Source: Azolla caroliniana
Lineage: Eukaryota > Plantae > Polypodiophyta
Length of the DNA: 29,956 bases
Reading direction: 5' to 3'
NCBI GenBank assembly: GCA_043228905.1
Contig: JBHGNT010000383.1
Coordinates: 1 to 29,956, forward strand
Position 1 is the stretch's first letter. Each line of letters begins with the position of its first letter. The notes beneath the pieces are model-generated. The model searched no databases and was not told where the DNA came from. It worked only from the letters and a program-made list of their open reading frames with translations. Position numbers and translations under genes: made by a program. Of this stretch, positions 11,373 through 20,848 are shown in pieces.

Positions 11373-11752
11373 GACCGGAGATCAATTTGATGTCCAAGGA
11401 ATTCTACCGGAAGGGTAACTGGCCTATTAACACGAATCATGGGTGGAAGATCCGGGCGGCCACTAAAGCAACGGAAGATCTATTTGCGGCTTGTCCGGAT
11501 GTGACGGTGAAGATCGGGGATGTCGAGATCGACCAAAATTTCTTCGTACAAGACGAGGTCTCACACTCCGTGATCCTCGGGCAACCTTTTATCACGACAT
11601 CATGGATGGAGACGAAGGTGCTCGATAGCGGTGCGGCTTTTGCGCGAATTCGGAACCAAAACGAAGGGAAATCCGTCCAATTCCTAACGGTGCCGGCAAA
11701 TCATGAAAGGAACAAGAGAGAGCTCTTGTTCCAAACAAGAATGGATTTTTAG
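11373..11752 (+). pseudogene. Gypsy B ORF1 3' part (protease C-terminus)
   Basis: EINLMSKEFY...VILGQPFI...MDF*, collinear with the C-terminus of Gypsy C ORF1. Confidence 0.9.
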
Positions 11753-11806
11753 AGCGGATTGTTGCGGAGTGGGGAAGTGATAGTCCGAGAAGCCCTGATA
11801 CCCCAC
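11743..11806 (+). promoter_or_regulatory. Predicted -1 ribosomal frameshift signal (G GAT TTT + H-type pseudoknot), Gypsy B
   Basis: Slippery heptamer at the ORF1 stop; -1 frame open into pol; stem CGGATTGTTGC/GTGATAGTCCG; loop GTGGGG pairs with CCCCAC. Confidence 0.7.
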
Positions 11807-14800
11807 ACATGAAGAAACTTCTCGGTCCAAAACAAGTACGAATCGGTCCGGATGGGGCATCCACGTACACGGCCGTAACCGGAGGAATGAAGAAAGAATA
11901 CCGAAAGGTGGAGGATAAGTTACGGTCGGCATCAATAATAAATGAAGATGAAGAAATCATGGGAATAGTCGAAGAAGTGTTCTATTGGAGCACACTACAA
12001 CGGCTTGAAGAGCTCGCGGAAGATACAAGCCAGGGAAACTGGGTAATTCCGGTGGAGTCGGTCGAGATGTACGAGATCATTGTGAAAATGGGGCCGGATG
12101 CGCTCCGCAAAGAAGAAGCAATGGTAAGTACGAAATACAAGACCGTGGAGAAGAAAGTGAAACCGGCCGCGGGACCGTTACCCGCAGATAGCGAACAAAG
12201 GAGGAAAGAAGTCTCGGGGGATCCGACACTTCGGAAGTCCATGGATATCGGACATGCCTTCACGGATGAGACCCGGAAGAAACTTCTGATCGGTGGAGGT
12301 GGGTTCCTATTAAAGAATGAAGAAGAACGATTTCGTGGGATGCTAGAGCGACATGGGAGAGCATTTGCATTTACATCGAAAGAAATAAGATGTGCTGACC
12401 TGAAGATAGTGGAGCCGATGGTGATCTTCACGATTGACCATGTGCCGTGGAACCTGAAGCCGATTCCGGTGCCACGGGCGCATATTCCGAAAATCATCGA
12501 CTTGCTTAAGGAGAAGGTGGCGATGGGGATTCTAGAGCCATGAAATGCTCCGTACTCAAATCGATGGTTTACGGTTCCAAAGAAGAATGGGTCACTCCGA
12601 TTTATTCAAGATTTGCAACCGGTGAACAAGGTCACGATCCGGAACTCCGGAGTCGGTCCGATAGTAGACGAATTTGCAGAAGCATTTGCCGGTCGCGCGA
12701 TATACTCCATCGGAGACCTATATTCCGGATATGACCATTTCCAACTAGCTGTGGAGAGCTGAGACATCACTACCATGCGAACACCGATAGGATTAGTCCG
12801 GATGTGTACGCTACCACAAGGCGCGACGAACTCAGTCGCACATATGATGAATGCGATGAACAAGGTGCTCTGGGATTGCATACCGGAGATAACGATGCCG
12901 TTCCTAGATGATATTCCAATGAAAGGGTGTGCAGTGGAAGAAAAAGATGAAGCTATGGATGAACGGGGATGCCGAAGGTTTGTAGTCAATCATATCCGTG
13001 ATTGTGAGAAAGTGTTACGGAAGTTAGAAGATGTGCATCTACCACTTTCCGGAGAGAAATCGGCATTCGGACAAGAAGAAATATTGGTAGTCGGACATCT
13101 ATGTGGGCCCTACGGCCGAAGACCGTCACCAACCAAGATCGATGTGATTCAAGCTATGAAAGAAGTATGCGAGTCACAATCCGAAGTTCGAAGGTTTCTT
13201 GGAGCATGTGCATTCTACCACATATGGATTCCGCACTATGCACATATAGGGGACCCACTCTATCACTTGTTGCGGAAGGGTAAGAAGTTTGAATGGAAAC
13301 CGGAGCATACCAAAGCCGTGAAGAAGCTCAAGAAATCACTACGGAGGGCAGAAGCACTAAAGAAGCCGAACTATGACCAACCAATCATAGTAACGGTTGA
13401 CACAAGTCCAACCGGAATCGGATGGGTCATCAATCAAGCCGATCCGGAAGGTTCGCGATATCCGATCTGATTCGGAGCAAAGGTTCTCAACGAAAGGCAA
13501 CTCGGATATGCACAAGTTAAAAGAGAATTATGGGGAGTCGTGTCGGCAATCAAATCAGATCGAGATTATTTGATCGGAGCCGAAGTAGTGATCGAAACGG
13601 ATTGTCTTCCGATACTCGGGATGATGCGGTGTTGCACGATACCGGATGTGGCTATGCTAAGATGGATTGCATATGTTAAGTCACTTAATCCGGAGGTAAG
13701 ACACATCTCCGGAAAAGACAACGTTGTAGCGGATATGTTATCAAGGGCGCGGTTCGGAGATGACATAACTGAATCCGATAATGAAGAAGTTTCCGAAGAC
13801 TACTTTGCTTCGGAGCACATATGCCGGGTGGACGTAATCCAAGAATTCCGGGAAGAAGAATATGAGGGAGAAAGCTTGTTGATCGGGAAAATGCTACAAG
13901 AAATCGAGGAATCATCGGACAATAAAGAGAAGAGAGCCGAGGTCCGAAGTAAGAAACGGCAAGTCCGAAAGTTCTTCTTGAAAAATGGGTTTTTATGGAG
14001 GGAGCCGAAAAGACCGGGTGGCATACCACTTCGAGTAGTCAGGACAAAAGAGCAACGAAACCAGGTAATGTCCGAATTTCATGAATCTGATTGGGCTGGA
14101 CATCGGGGAACATGGGCAACATTTGGGAAGATCAAGCAAAGATATTGGTGGAAGAATATGTACAAAGATGTCTCGGAGTTCACGGAAAGCTGCGAGAAGT
14201 GTCAAATCTACTCCGGAGTTTGACACCGAGATGAGTTACATCTGACATTCTCACCGACAATCAACTTCAAATGGATGGTCGACATTGTAGCCATGCCAAC
14301 CGGGATCGGACAAAAGAAGTACTTAGTGTTAGCTCGGGAAGATCTCACAAACCAAGTAGAAGGTCGGGTGCTACGGAGGAAAACATGTTCTATGGTATGC
14401 CAATTCCTTTTGGAAGAAGTGTTTTGTAGGTACGGGTGCGTAGGACAAGTGATTGCGGATCGGGGAGAACTTGACTCTGATAAAGCTAGCGGATTCTTTG
14501 CCAAACATGGAGTTCGGTTAACACTAACAATGGCATACAATCCGGAAGCCAACGGGAAGGTCGAGCGAGGACATAGTCCGATCGTCAAAGCACTTGCCAA
14601 AGCATGCGACAGAAGGGTGATGGATTGGCTGCAGATGCTCCTGTATGCACTATGGGCGGATCGGACAACGCATAGCTCCGTAACCGGTTATATGCCGACA
14701 AAACTCATGACCGGACAAGCACCGGTAATGCCGACGGAAACCGCAATTGCGACATGGACAATGCTACCATGGAAGGAAGAGATGAGCCGGGAAGAACTAC

Positions 14801-15285
14801 TAGCGGTCCGGATACGACAACTGGAGGGAAGACGGGAAGACATAGCAGAAGCAATACGCCGACAACAAGAAGCGCGATTCCGGAATAAAAGCCGGTTCGA
14901 CACAAAGCACCGACTACGACCGTGGAAGATTGAAGAGGGAGATTGGGTGATTGTCTACGATAGTAGTTTGGATCATCAACATACAACGATGCGGAAGTTC
15001 GCGAAAAGGTGGTTCGGACCATACGAGGTTCGGAAAGTTTTCGACAGCGGAACTTACCGACTATGCGAGTTAGATGGAACAATGCTACGAGTGCCTATAG
15101 CCGGGAAACGGGTGAAGATTTTCAAGAAGCGAACTGATGAAGAACCCTATGTGATCCTAGACAAGACAGACCAGAAGGAGCAATCAGACGAAGATCGCGG
15201 TGATGCGGAAAGCGAAGAAAGTGGATTAGAACTCATCGTTGACTTAAGGGGAGAATCGGAGGAAGCTTCGGATGAAGGTGAATAG
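11743..15285 (+). pseudogene. pol: Gypsy B ORF2 RT-RNase H-integrase (four in-frame TGA stops)
   Basis: TLPQGATNS, PFLDD, RRFLGAC; TVDTSPTGIG, ETDC, NVVADMLSR; GHRG..CEKC, ADRGE, WFGPY; acidic tail with no chromodomain. Confidence 0.93.
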
Positions 15286-15328
15286 CAAGCATCGGGGACT
15301 TCGGCACATACCGGAGGATGTGCGGGTT

Positions 15329-15341
15329 TGGAGGGGGCGAG
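15329..15341 (+). promoter_or_regulatory. Polypurine tract of Gypsy B
   Basis: TGGAGGGGGCGAG directly before the 3' LTR. Confidence 0.8.
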
Positions 15342-16669
15342 TGTCGTAGTGTAATTCATACACTACGTGAAAAATTACATTTTTGGCCTCTCCGGATAGG
15401 ACATGGAGTACCCGGTGAGAACCGGAAGAAGGAACCAGTAAGGACCGAAACCGGCAAGGAGACCCAGCAAGAGCCGGATGAAGAAGGCCGGTGAGAGTCG
15501 GTGAGAAACGGATGCAGAGATCGGTAAGGAGGTCCCGGTAAGAACCGGACAAAGAAAACTATCAAGCACTGGATGAAGCAGAACCGGAAAGAGCCGGATG
15601 AAGAAGGCCGATGAGAGTATCTCACCGGATGAAGAGACGTATTTGTAAATAGAAGAAAGTATATAGAAAAAAAGAAGTTGGTCATCATTTACTAATATCC
15701 AGGACTTGTCGCACTACAAACAATTTGACCACATGGGCGGCTTTGCAAGGGGCGCGTAGCTGGAAGTCAGAAGCCCATAGCACCTGCCCAACTCCCACTC
15801 ATCTCATAGGACCGCCCCGATGAAAACCAGTAGACCTAATCACCTTACGACTGTTAGCGGAATTCTCTCTCGGTAAATTGGGTCAATGAGACCATCGGCG
15901 TTCGTTTCAGCTGAGTGTACGTGTCTATCTGGGCGCTGAAACTACCCATAGTATGGGTCTGGCTTACTAGTTGAATGAGAGATAGGGTATAAACAACGAA
16001 ACAAAATTGATCCAATTTAGTCCTCATTAGTCCTCATTCTTTTTCCCCCCCATCAGAATCGAACATGAGAGTTTCTTCAAATACGGCTCGAGCAAATCTT
16101 TAAAATATATATAACATGCATAGGGCAAGATTTGAACCTTGCACCTCCATGTTAATAATGTTAAGCCTTATCATTATAGTAGGGTATTATGAATTTTAAA
16201 GTTATACTAAACTTTATTCCATGTAAAATTTCTAGACATGCATGGTACAAAAGTTATTCATGCATAGACACTCGAGTTAAAAAGAAAAGATGAGATATAA
16301 AGCTAATCATGCACATGCAGTGTACATGAAAACTAAAGATAGAAAAAGCATGATGCTTGCATGTGATAAACTGAGACTCTTCCAACACTATATAAGGAAG
16401 AGAGAAAGATGTATAGAGGTTGTTGATTATTTTACAAGGGTTGATTAATATAAGATAATCGTGGGATTCAGGAATTTGCTAACTATTCTCTCTTAATTTG
16501 ATTACTCACTAATACACTATACTCGTGGGATTCACGAAGTTTTCATATTTTTCTTTCTTACAATATATTTCATATTCTTAATTGCCTTAGAATTTTCTTT
16601 CCTCTTAGTCCAAAACCACAGCGGTTCCCACCCGACTCACGCAACGATCCGGAGTCGAAAGGCACGACA
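15342..16669 (+). repeat. 3' LTR of Gypsy B (1328 bp including a ~437-bp insert)
   Basis: Matches 4310-5191 on both sides of 15664-16100. Confidence 0.95.
15664..16100 (-). other. Insert absent from the 5' LTR; probable organellar DNA fragment (NUMT/NUPT) with degenerate group II intron domains V/VI
   Basis: Minus strand 16089-16056 GAGCCGTAT-TTGAA-GAAA-CTCTC-AT-GTTCGATTC resembles domain V. It is followed by GGGGGG...TACCCTAT, a candidate domain VI ending in AY at 15982. Inserted in a TA tract. Confidence 0.6.
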
Positions 16670-16759
16670 ACATTATTCATTCCGATGTATGGGGGCCGGC
16701 ACAAAACGTTAGTCTTGGTGGGAGCCGATATTTCGTCTCCTTCATCGACGACTACATGC
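16670..16759 (+). pseudogene. Continuation of Copia A integrase core
   Basis: IIHSDVWGPAQNVSLGGSRYFVSFIDDY, in register with 4301-4309. Confidence 0.92.
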
Positions 16760-17267
16760 TGTTGGGAGACAGGTCCCTCCGGATGGTGCAGACCCGGTGA
16801 GGAATGCTCTCTGGATGAAGAGACATATTTGTAAATATGTTTTTGAGAGTCCATCGTGGCTACATTTGTAAATAGCCGAAAAGTCATATTAGTATAAATA
16901 TGACTTAGGGCAAACTTTTAGTTGTTGTTGTCATTTCTTGTTGGTGCAAGAAAAGAGAGAGCGCGTAACTGTGTGCAGAGAGAGAGAGAGAGAAAGAGGT
17001 CGTTGCCTTTGTTGTAACCGCTGCCTGTGGCGAAGATCGTGAGCATGAGGTCGTTGCCTCTTTGAACTCACTGTTGTACATTCTAACATAGTGATAGTTT
17101 GCAGCCTGTGGGCTGCCGTGGTTTTTCCCTTAGTTTGGGTTTTCCACGTAAACATCCCGTGTACACTTCTCTTCACAGTGTCGTGCATTTATTTCCTGTT
17201 TTCTGTGTATGATTCTAAGCTCGGTTGTGGCCGAGCGTCGTGTAGAAGGAGCGTTGAGTTCCCGTCA
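16760..17267 (+). repeat. 5' LTR of Copia G (508 bp)
   Basis: TG...CA; TATAAATA; GCCGTGGTTTTTCCC...GGGTTTTCCACG U5 motif; PBS 2 nt downstream. Confidence 0.88.
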
Positions 17268-17296
17268 AGTGGTATCAGAGCGAAACAACACAGAAA

Positions 17297-17941
17297 ATGG
17301 ACGAATCGTTTGGCGGCATGTTCAAGCTTACCGGCTCCAGCTATTCAGTGTGGAAGTCGAAGATGAGGGACATGATCGTGGTTAAAGACCTCTGGCTGCC
17401 GATTCAGTTCGGGGACAAGAGACCAGACAAAATCGACGCCGCGATATGGGAGGTGATGCACATGAAGACAACGGCGTACATACGGTGCCCTCATTGACAT
17501 GAGCCTGTACAACAACTTCAATGAAGAGAGCAAGGCTCATGAGCTCTGGGAGAAGATTGTCATAATGTTTCAAAACAAAAATGTTGTTAATCAGGTTTCG
17601 GTATTCTGGAAGCTAGTAAGATTCTAGTACCAAGATGGCTCCAACATGGCGGAGCACATGAATGCCTTCTAGGGGCTGATCCACTAGGCAACATAATTGG
17701 AAGTACCTCTCGCCGACGAGGTACTAGAGCTACTCCTGCTCGGTTCCCTCCCGGATAGTTGGGAGACGTTGGTTGTCACTTTGGGCAACGCCGGGCCGGA
17801 AGGAAAGCGGTTATCCCTAGCAAGAGTAAAGTCGAGCTTGCTAGATGAGGAGGCGCGTCGGAAAGATAAAGATACGAGCTCCAACTCCAAAGTGCTCCTT
17901 ACCGAATCGGAACGCGGAAGACAGAGAAACCGTAGTCCCAG
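17297..17941 (+). pseudogene. gag: Copia G gag fragment
   Basis: Tnt1/Tork-type gag motifs with stops and frameshifts; ends at the junction with the Gypsy C LTR. Confidence 0.85.
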
Positions 17942-18466
17942 GCACCAAGCATACACCACTAAGCTAGGTTAGTTATTTTAGAATGCATTTTCATCATTAT
18001 AATTATCTCATATCTATTTTCATACATAGCCATCATTCATCACATGCAATGCATGTGCGCCAAATGGCGATCATGCATTACATGTAACTCATGCATTACA
18101 TGCATGACATTACCATATGCATGGAAATACTTATAAAAAGAGGGGAAAGGAAAACAAAAAGGAAGGAATCAAGAGAGAGTGAGAAAATAATACAATCAAG
18201 TAAAGAAGACTAGCTCATTGGGTGGAGAACCTCTCGTTTCGAAGTTGATGTCGTGGGTTCAAATCAAGGGTCGATAGAGAATGTGTTCAGTTTGCGATCA
18301 AGGATTGTAAAGTTGGTAAAATATTGTCTTTTTAATATACATCATGTTTATATCATATACTCTTGCTTCTTGAATCATACTTTGTCTCAATCTTATTCTA
18401 GAATCATACTTTGTCGCAATCTTCTTTCTTGAATCATACATTGTCTCTATCTTTTATCTATGCTCT

Positions 18467-18503
<37 letters not shown>

Positions 18504-18640
18504 TTACTCGTAACTCTTCTTCTTACTATCCTTAACCATTCTATCATCACCATACAAGCCTTATTAAAAGTTAAGTTTCTTCAACTCCGCTTAACCTTAG
18601 TCCCCGCGACTTCGCCGCACGAACCACAACTACCCCGACA
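17942..18640 (+). repeat. 5' LTR of Gypsy C (5'-truncated)
   Basis: Matches 24473-25173. Confidence 0.93.
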
Positions 18641-18644
18641 CATT

Positions 18645-18662
18645 TGGTGAACCCGACGTGAA
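18645..18662 (+). promoter_or_regulatory. Primer binding site, tRNA-Trp (Gypsy C)
   Basis: TGGTGAACCCGACGTGAA, 4 nt after the LTR. Confidence 0.88.
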
Positions 18663-18680
18663 GGCGGCGGACGAGGAGAA

Positions 18681-20795
18681 ATGGAGGAGCAAATGAGGCT
18701 TATGTGTACGATGATGGAACGAGTGATGCGGGAACAAGGGATGATGACAAGCATCGACAAAGCTGTCGACAATATTCTCGCACGAGTAGGAATCTTCAAA
18801 GGTATAAATTTAACAAGATTTCTGAAGATTTATAATGAAGAAATGCTTAAACGCGGTGTCGACGAAGCTACAAAAATTAATAGCTTTAGTCGTGTCGCTG
18901 CGATTGGGCTACAAGAGAGGATCCAAGAGCTCCGAAGGGAGAATCAAACATGGACAACGTTCGAAAGAGCATTACTCAATGAATACAACCTCAACGATAT
19001 GTCAAGGATGACAAGGCGAGCTTTCATGGATTGGGTAGAGTCTGATAAACATTTAAGTGTTTTGGAAGTATTAAAAGAGTTTTCTGAAAGATTTGAGCAA
19101 TTAAATATTAGGGATAGAAATATACTAATGCTAGATAAAGTAATATTGTTTCTCCAAGCCACTAATATTAAAGACAAGAAGGACTTGGGAATGCTTTTAG
19201 AAGATCAGAATAGTCCAAGTGGACTTACCGAAGACTGGGAGGAGGTGAAAAGGGTGTGCGCCCATTTCTGCAAAAGAAAGTTATGGTTTATGGAGTTGCC
19301 CGACAGAAATGATGAAGAAATGGGGAATGAGTCAGGAGAAAAGAAAGTAGAAGAATCACTCTTACACGAATTGGTGAAAGGCATGAAAGACTTGTCGATC
19401 AAAGTGACGAAGCTAGAATCGGGACAAAGCTCGACTTCATCAAGGCAGGGAGGTGGAATGGTCCGAAGGTGTATGTGGTGTGATAGTATCGACCACCAGA
19501 AGAAAGATTGTCAAGAGCATAGGGATGCTCTTAATCATAATAAAATCTACTATCAAGATGGCAAGATTCACTCAACTGAGACTCGACAACCACTTCAACT
19601 CAACTTTGGGCGAGGAGGAATGAAAAAGCTAATGGAAGATACCGAGAGAGAAACGACGCAAGCGATACAATCCGTGGCAACCTTAGGATTGCGTGTAGAA
19701 GACTCATATGGTGGATCTGGCTTTTGGCAAGATGTGATGGATTATGCAAGAAAAGGGAAGGTTCGAGTGGATGAATTAAAAAGAGCGGGAGATGAAAAAC
19801 AAAACTTCACTGGATGGAATGATCCAGTAGACGCGCTATTAGCATTCGCCCAAGTGAATGCACGAGATGTGCTAGTGGAAGAGAAGCGGAAGAGAGCTGA
19901 GGAAGCTGATCCGACAAAGAGACATGAGACACGAGAACAGAAGAGAAGGGAGATGGAAAAGGGTGCTACTGAGCCGAAGGAAGCTGATAAAGTAAAAGGA
20001 AAGACATGCCCATCTTTCAAGCTTGCCTCAGACATAGAAAAAACAACGGATATAAAAAAGGTACTAGAAACAAGAATACTAAATAGTAAGGTAGAATTTA
20101 CTTTAAGAGAAGTGTTGGGTATAGCAAAGAAAGAATTTCATGAAGTTATCATAGATATTATTAGAAGGAAGAGACAGGTGACGGAGGAAATTACGGGAGG
20201 GTGTGCAACAACACTTCAAGATTTGTATTCTGGCACCATCAATGCTGCAAGTGTAAAAAACCAGAATGATGTTGGCGTCCATGAAGGGGATAGGAGTCAC
20301 TATACAAGGGACCATTGGGCTCGAGCAACAACGGAGGCACCTGCAAAAATTGGGGAGCAGCAAATTCCATGTATTGCTTTGATCGATCATGGATCGGAGA
20401 TTAACATGATGTCATCGGAATTTTACGCTCGAGGACGGTGGCCAATCGACAAGAATCATGGGTGGAAAATAAGAGCTGCCACAGAAACTACGGAGGATCT
20501 ATTCGGAGCATGTCCTAGTGTGAAGGTAACAATTGGTGATGTCTCGGTGAATCAAAATTTCTTTGTGCAGGATCGATCAACCTACCCTGTCATCCTTGGC
20601 CAGCCCTACATCACCGTAGTGAGGATGGAAACAAAGGTTATTGATGATGGTTCGGCTTTCGCGAGAATCAAGAGTCAAGATGGAAGAAAGACTGTCCAAT
20701 TCTTAACCGTGAGGCCTAACCATGAAAGAAACAAAGAATGCCCTAGGGAACATCCAATTCAAGAGATGGATGAAGAGTTTTCCCAGGATTTTTAG
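18681..20795 (+). CDS. gag: Gypsy C ORF1 Gag-aspartic protease (704 aa, intact frame)
   Basis: CMWCDSIDHQKKDC knuckle; ALIDHGSEINMMS and VILGQPY protease motifs. Confidence 0.9.
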   Translation: MEEQMRLMCTMMERVMREQGMMTSIDKAVDNILARVGIFKGINLTRFLKIYNEEMLKRGVDEATKINSFSRVAAIGLQERIQELRRENQTWTTFERALLNEYNLNDMSRMTRRAFMDWVESDKHLSVLEVLKEFSERFEQLNIRDRNILMLDKVILFLQATNIKDKKDLGMLLEDQNSPSGLTEDWEEVKRVCAHFCKRKLWFMELPDRNDEEMGNESGEKKVEESLLHELVKGMKDLSIKVTKLESGQSSTSSRQGGGMVRRCMWCDSIDHQKKDCQEHRDALNHNKIYYQDGKIHSTETRQPLQLNFGRGGMKKLMEDTERETTQAIQSVATLGLRVEDSYGGSGFWQDVMDYARKGKVRVDELKRAGDEKQNFTGWNDPVDALLAFAQVNARDVLVEEKRKRAEEADPTKRHETREQKRREMEKGATEPKEADKVKGKTCPSFKLASDIEKTTDIKKVLETRILNSKVEFTLREVLGIAKKEFHEVIIDIIRRKRQVTEEITGGCATTLQDLYSGTINAASVKNQNDVGVHEGDRSHYTRDHWARATTEAPAKIGEQQIPCIALIDHGSEINMMSSEFYARGRWPIDKNHGWKIRAATETTEDLFGACPSVKVTIGDVSVNQNFFVQDRSTYPVILGQPYITVVRMETKVIDDGSAFARIKSQDGRKTVQFLTVRPNHERNKECPREHPIQEMDEEFSQDF

Positions 20796-20848
20796 ATAGG
20801 GCTTTTACAGGTAGGGGCTGTGATAGCCCGAACATAAAAGAAAACCCC
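20786..20848 (+). promoter_or_regulatory. Predicted -1 ribosomal frameshift signal (G GAT TTT + pseudoknot), Gypsy C
   Basis: GGATTTTTAG at the ORF1 end; -1 frame open to ATG 20999; stem GGGCTTTTAC/GTGATAGCCC; loop GGGG pairs with CCCC at 20845-20848. Confidence 0.7.

Larger units (their letters stand above)
4310..16669 (+). mobile_element. Full-length Ty3/Gypsy element B (non-chromovirus, probably the moss Phygy-type lineage), 4-bp TSD ACAT
   Basis: Paired LTRs TGTCGTAG...CAC(A/G)ACA; ACAT at 4306-4309 and 16670-16673. Removing B restores Copia integrase KLDI|IHSDVWGPA. tRNA-Trp PBS, PPT and domain order gag-PR-RT-RH-IN. The lineage name is an inference. Confidence 0.95.
16760..17941 (+). 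mobile_element. Ty1/Copia element G (Tork-like), 5' LTR + PBS + gag fragment, nested in Copia A and truncated
   Basis: LTR TGTTGGG...CCCGTCA (16760-17267); PBS TGGTATCAGAGC (17270-17281); gag KLTGSSYSVWK...LLLGSLPDSWETLV. Confidence 0.88.

Noticed and set aside
15130-15285. Chromodomain at the integrase C-terminus
   Set aside because: Only an acidic low-complexity tail follows GPY in B, C and E
15810-15950. Hammerhead ribozyme/retrozyme or Helitron in the LTR insert
   Set aside because: No CUGANGA-stem II-GAAA core with matching stems, and no TC...CTRR termini
15715-15981. Organellar exon between a group II 3' end and a GTGCG start
   Set aside because: All three minus-strand frames contain stops; no gene recognised
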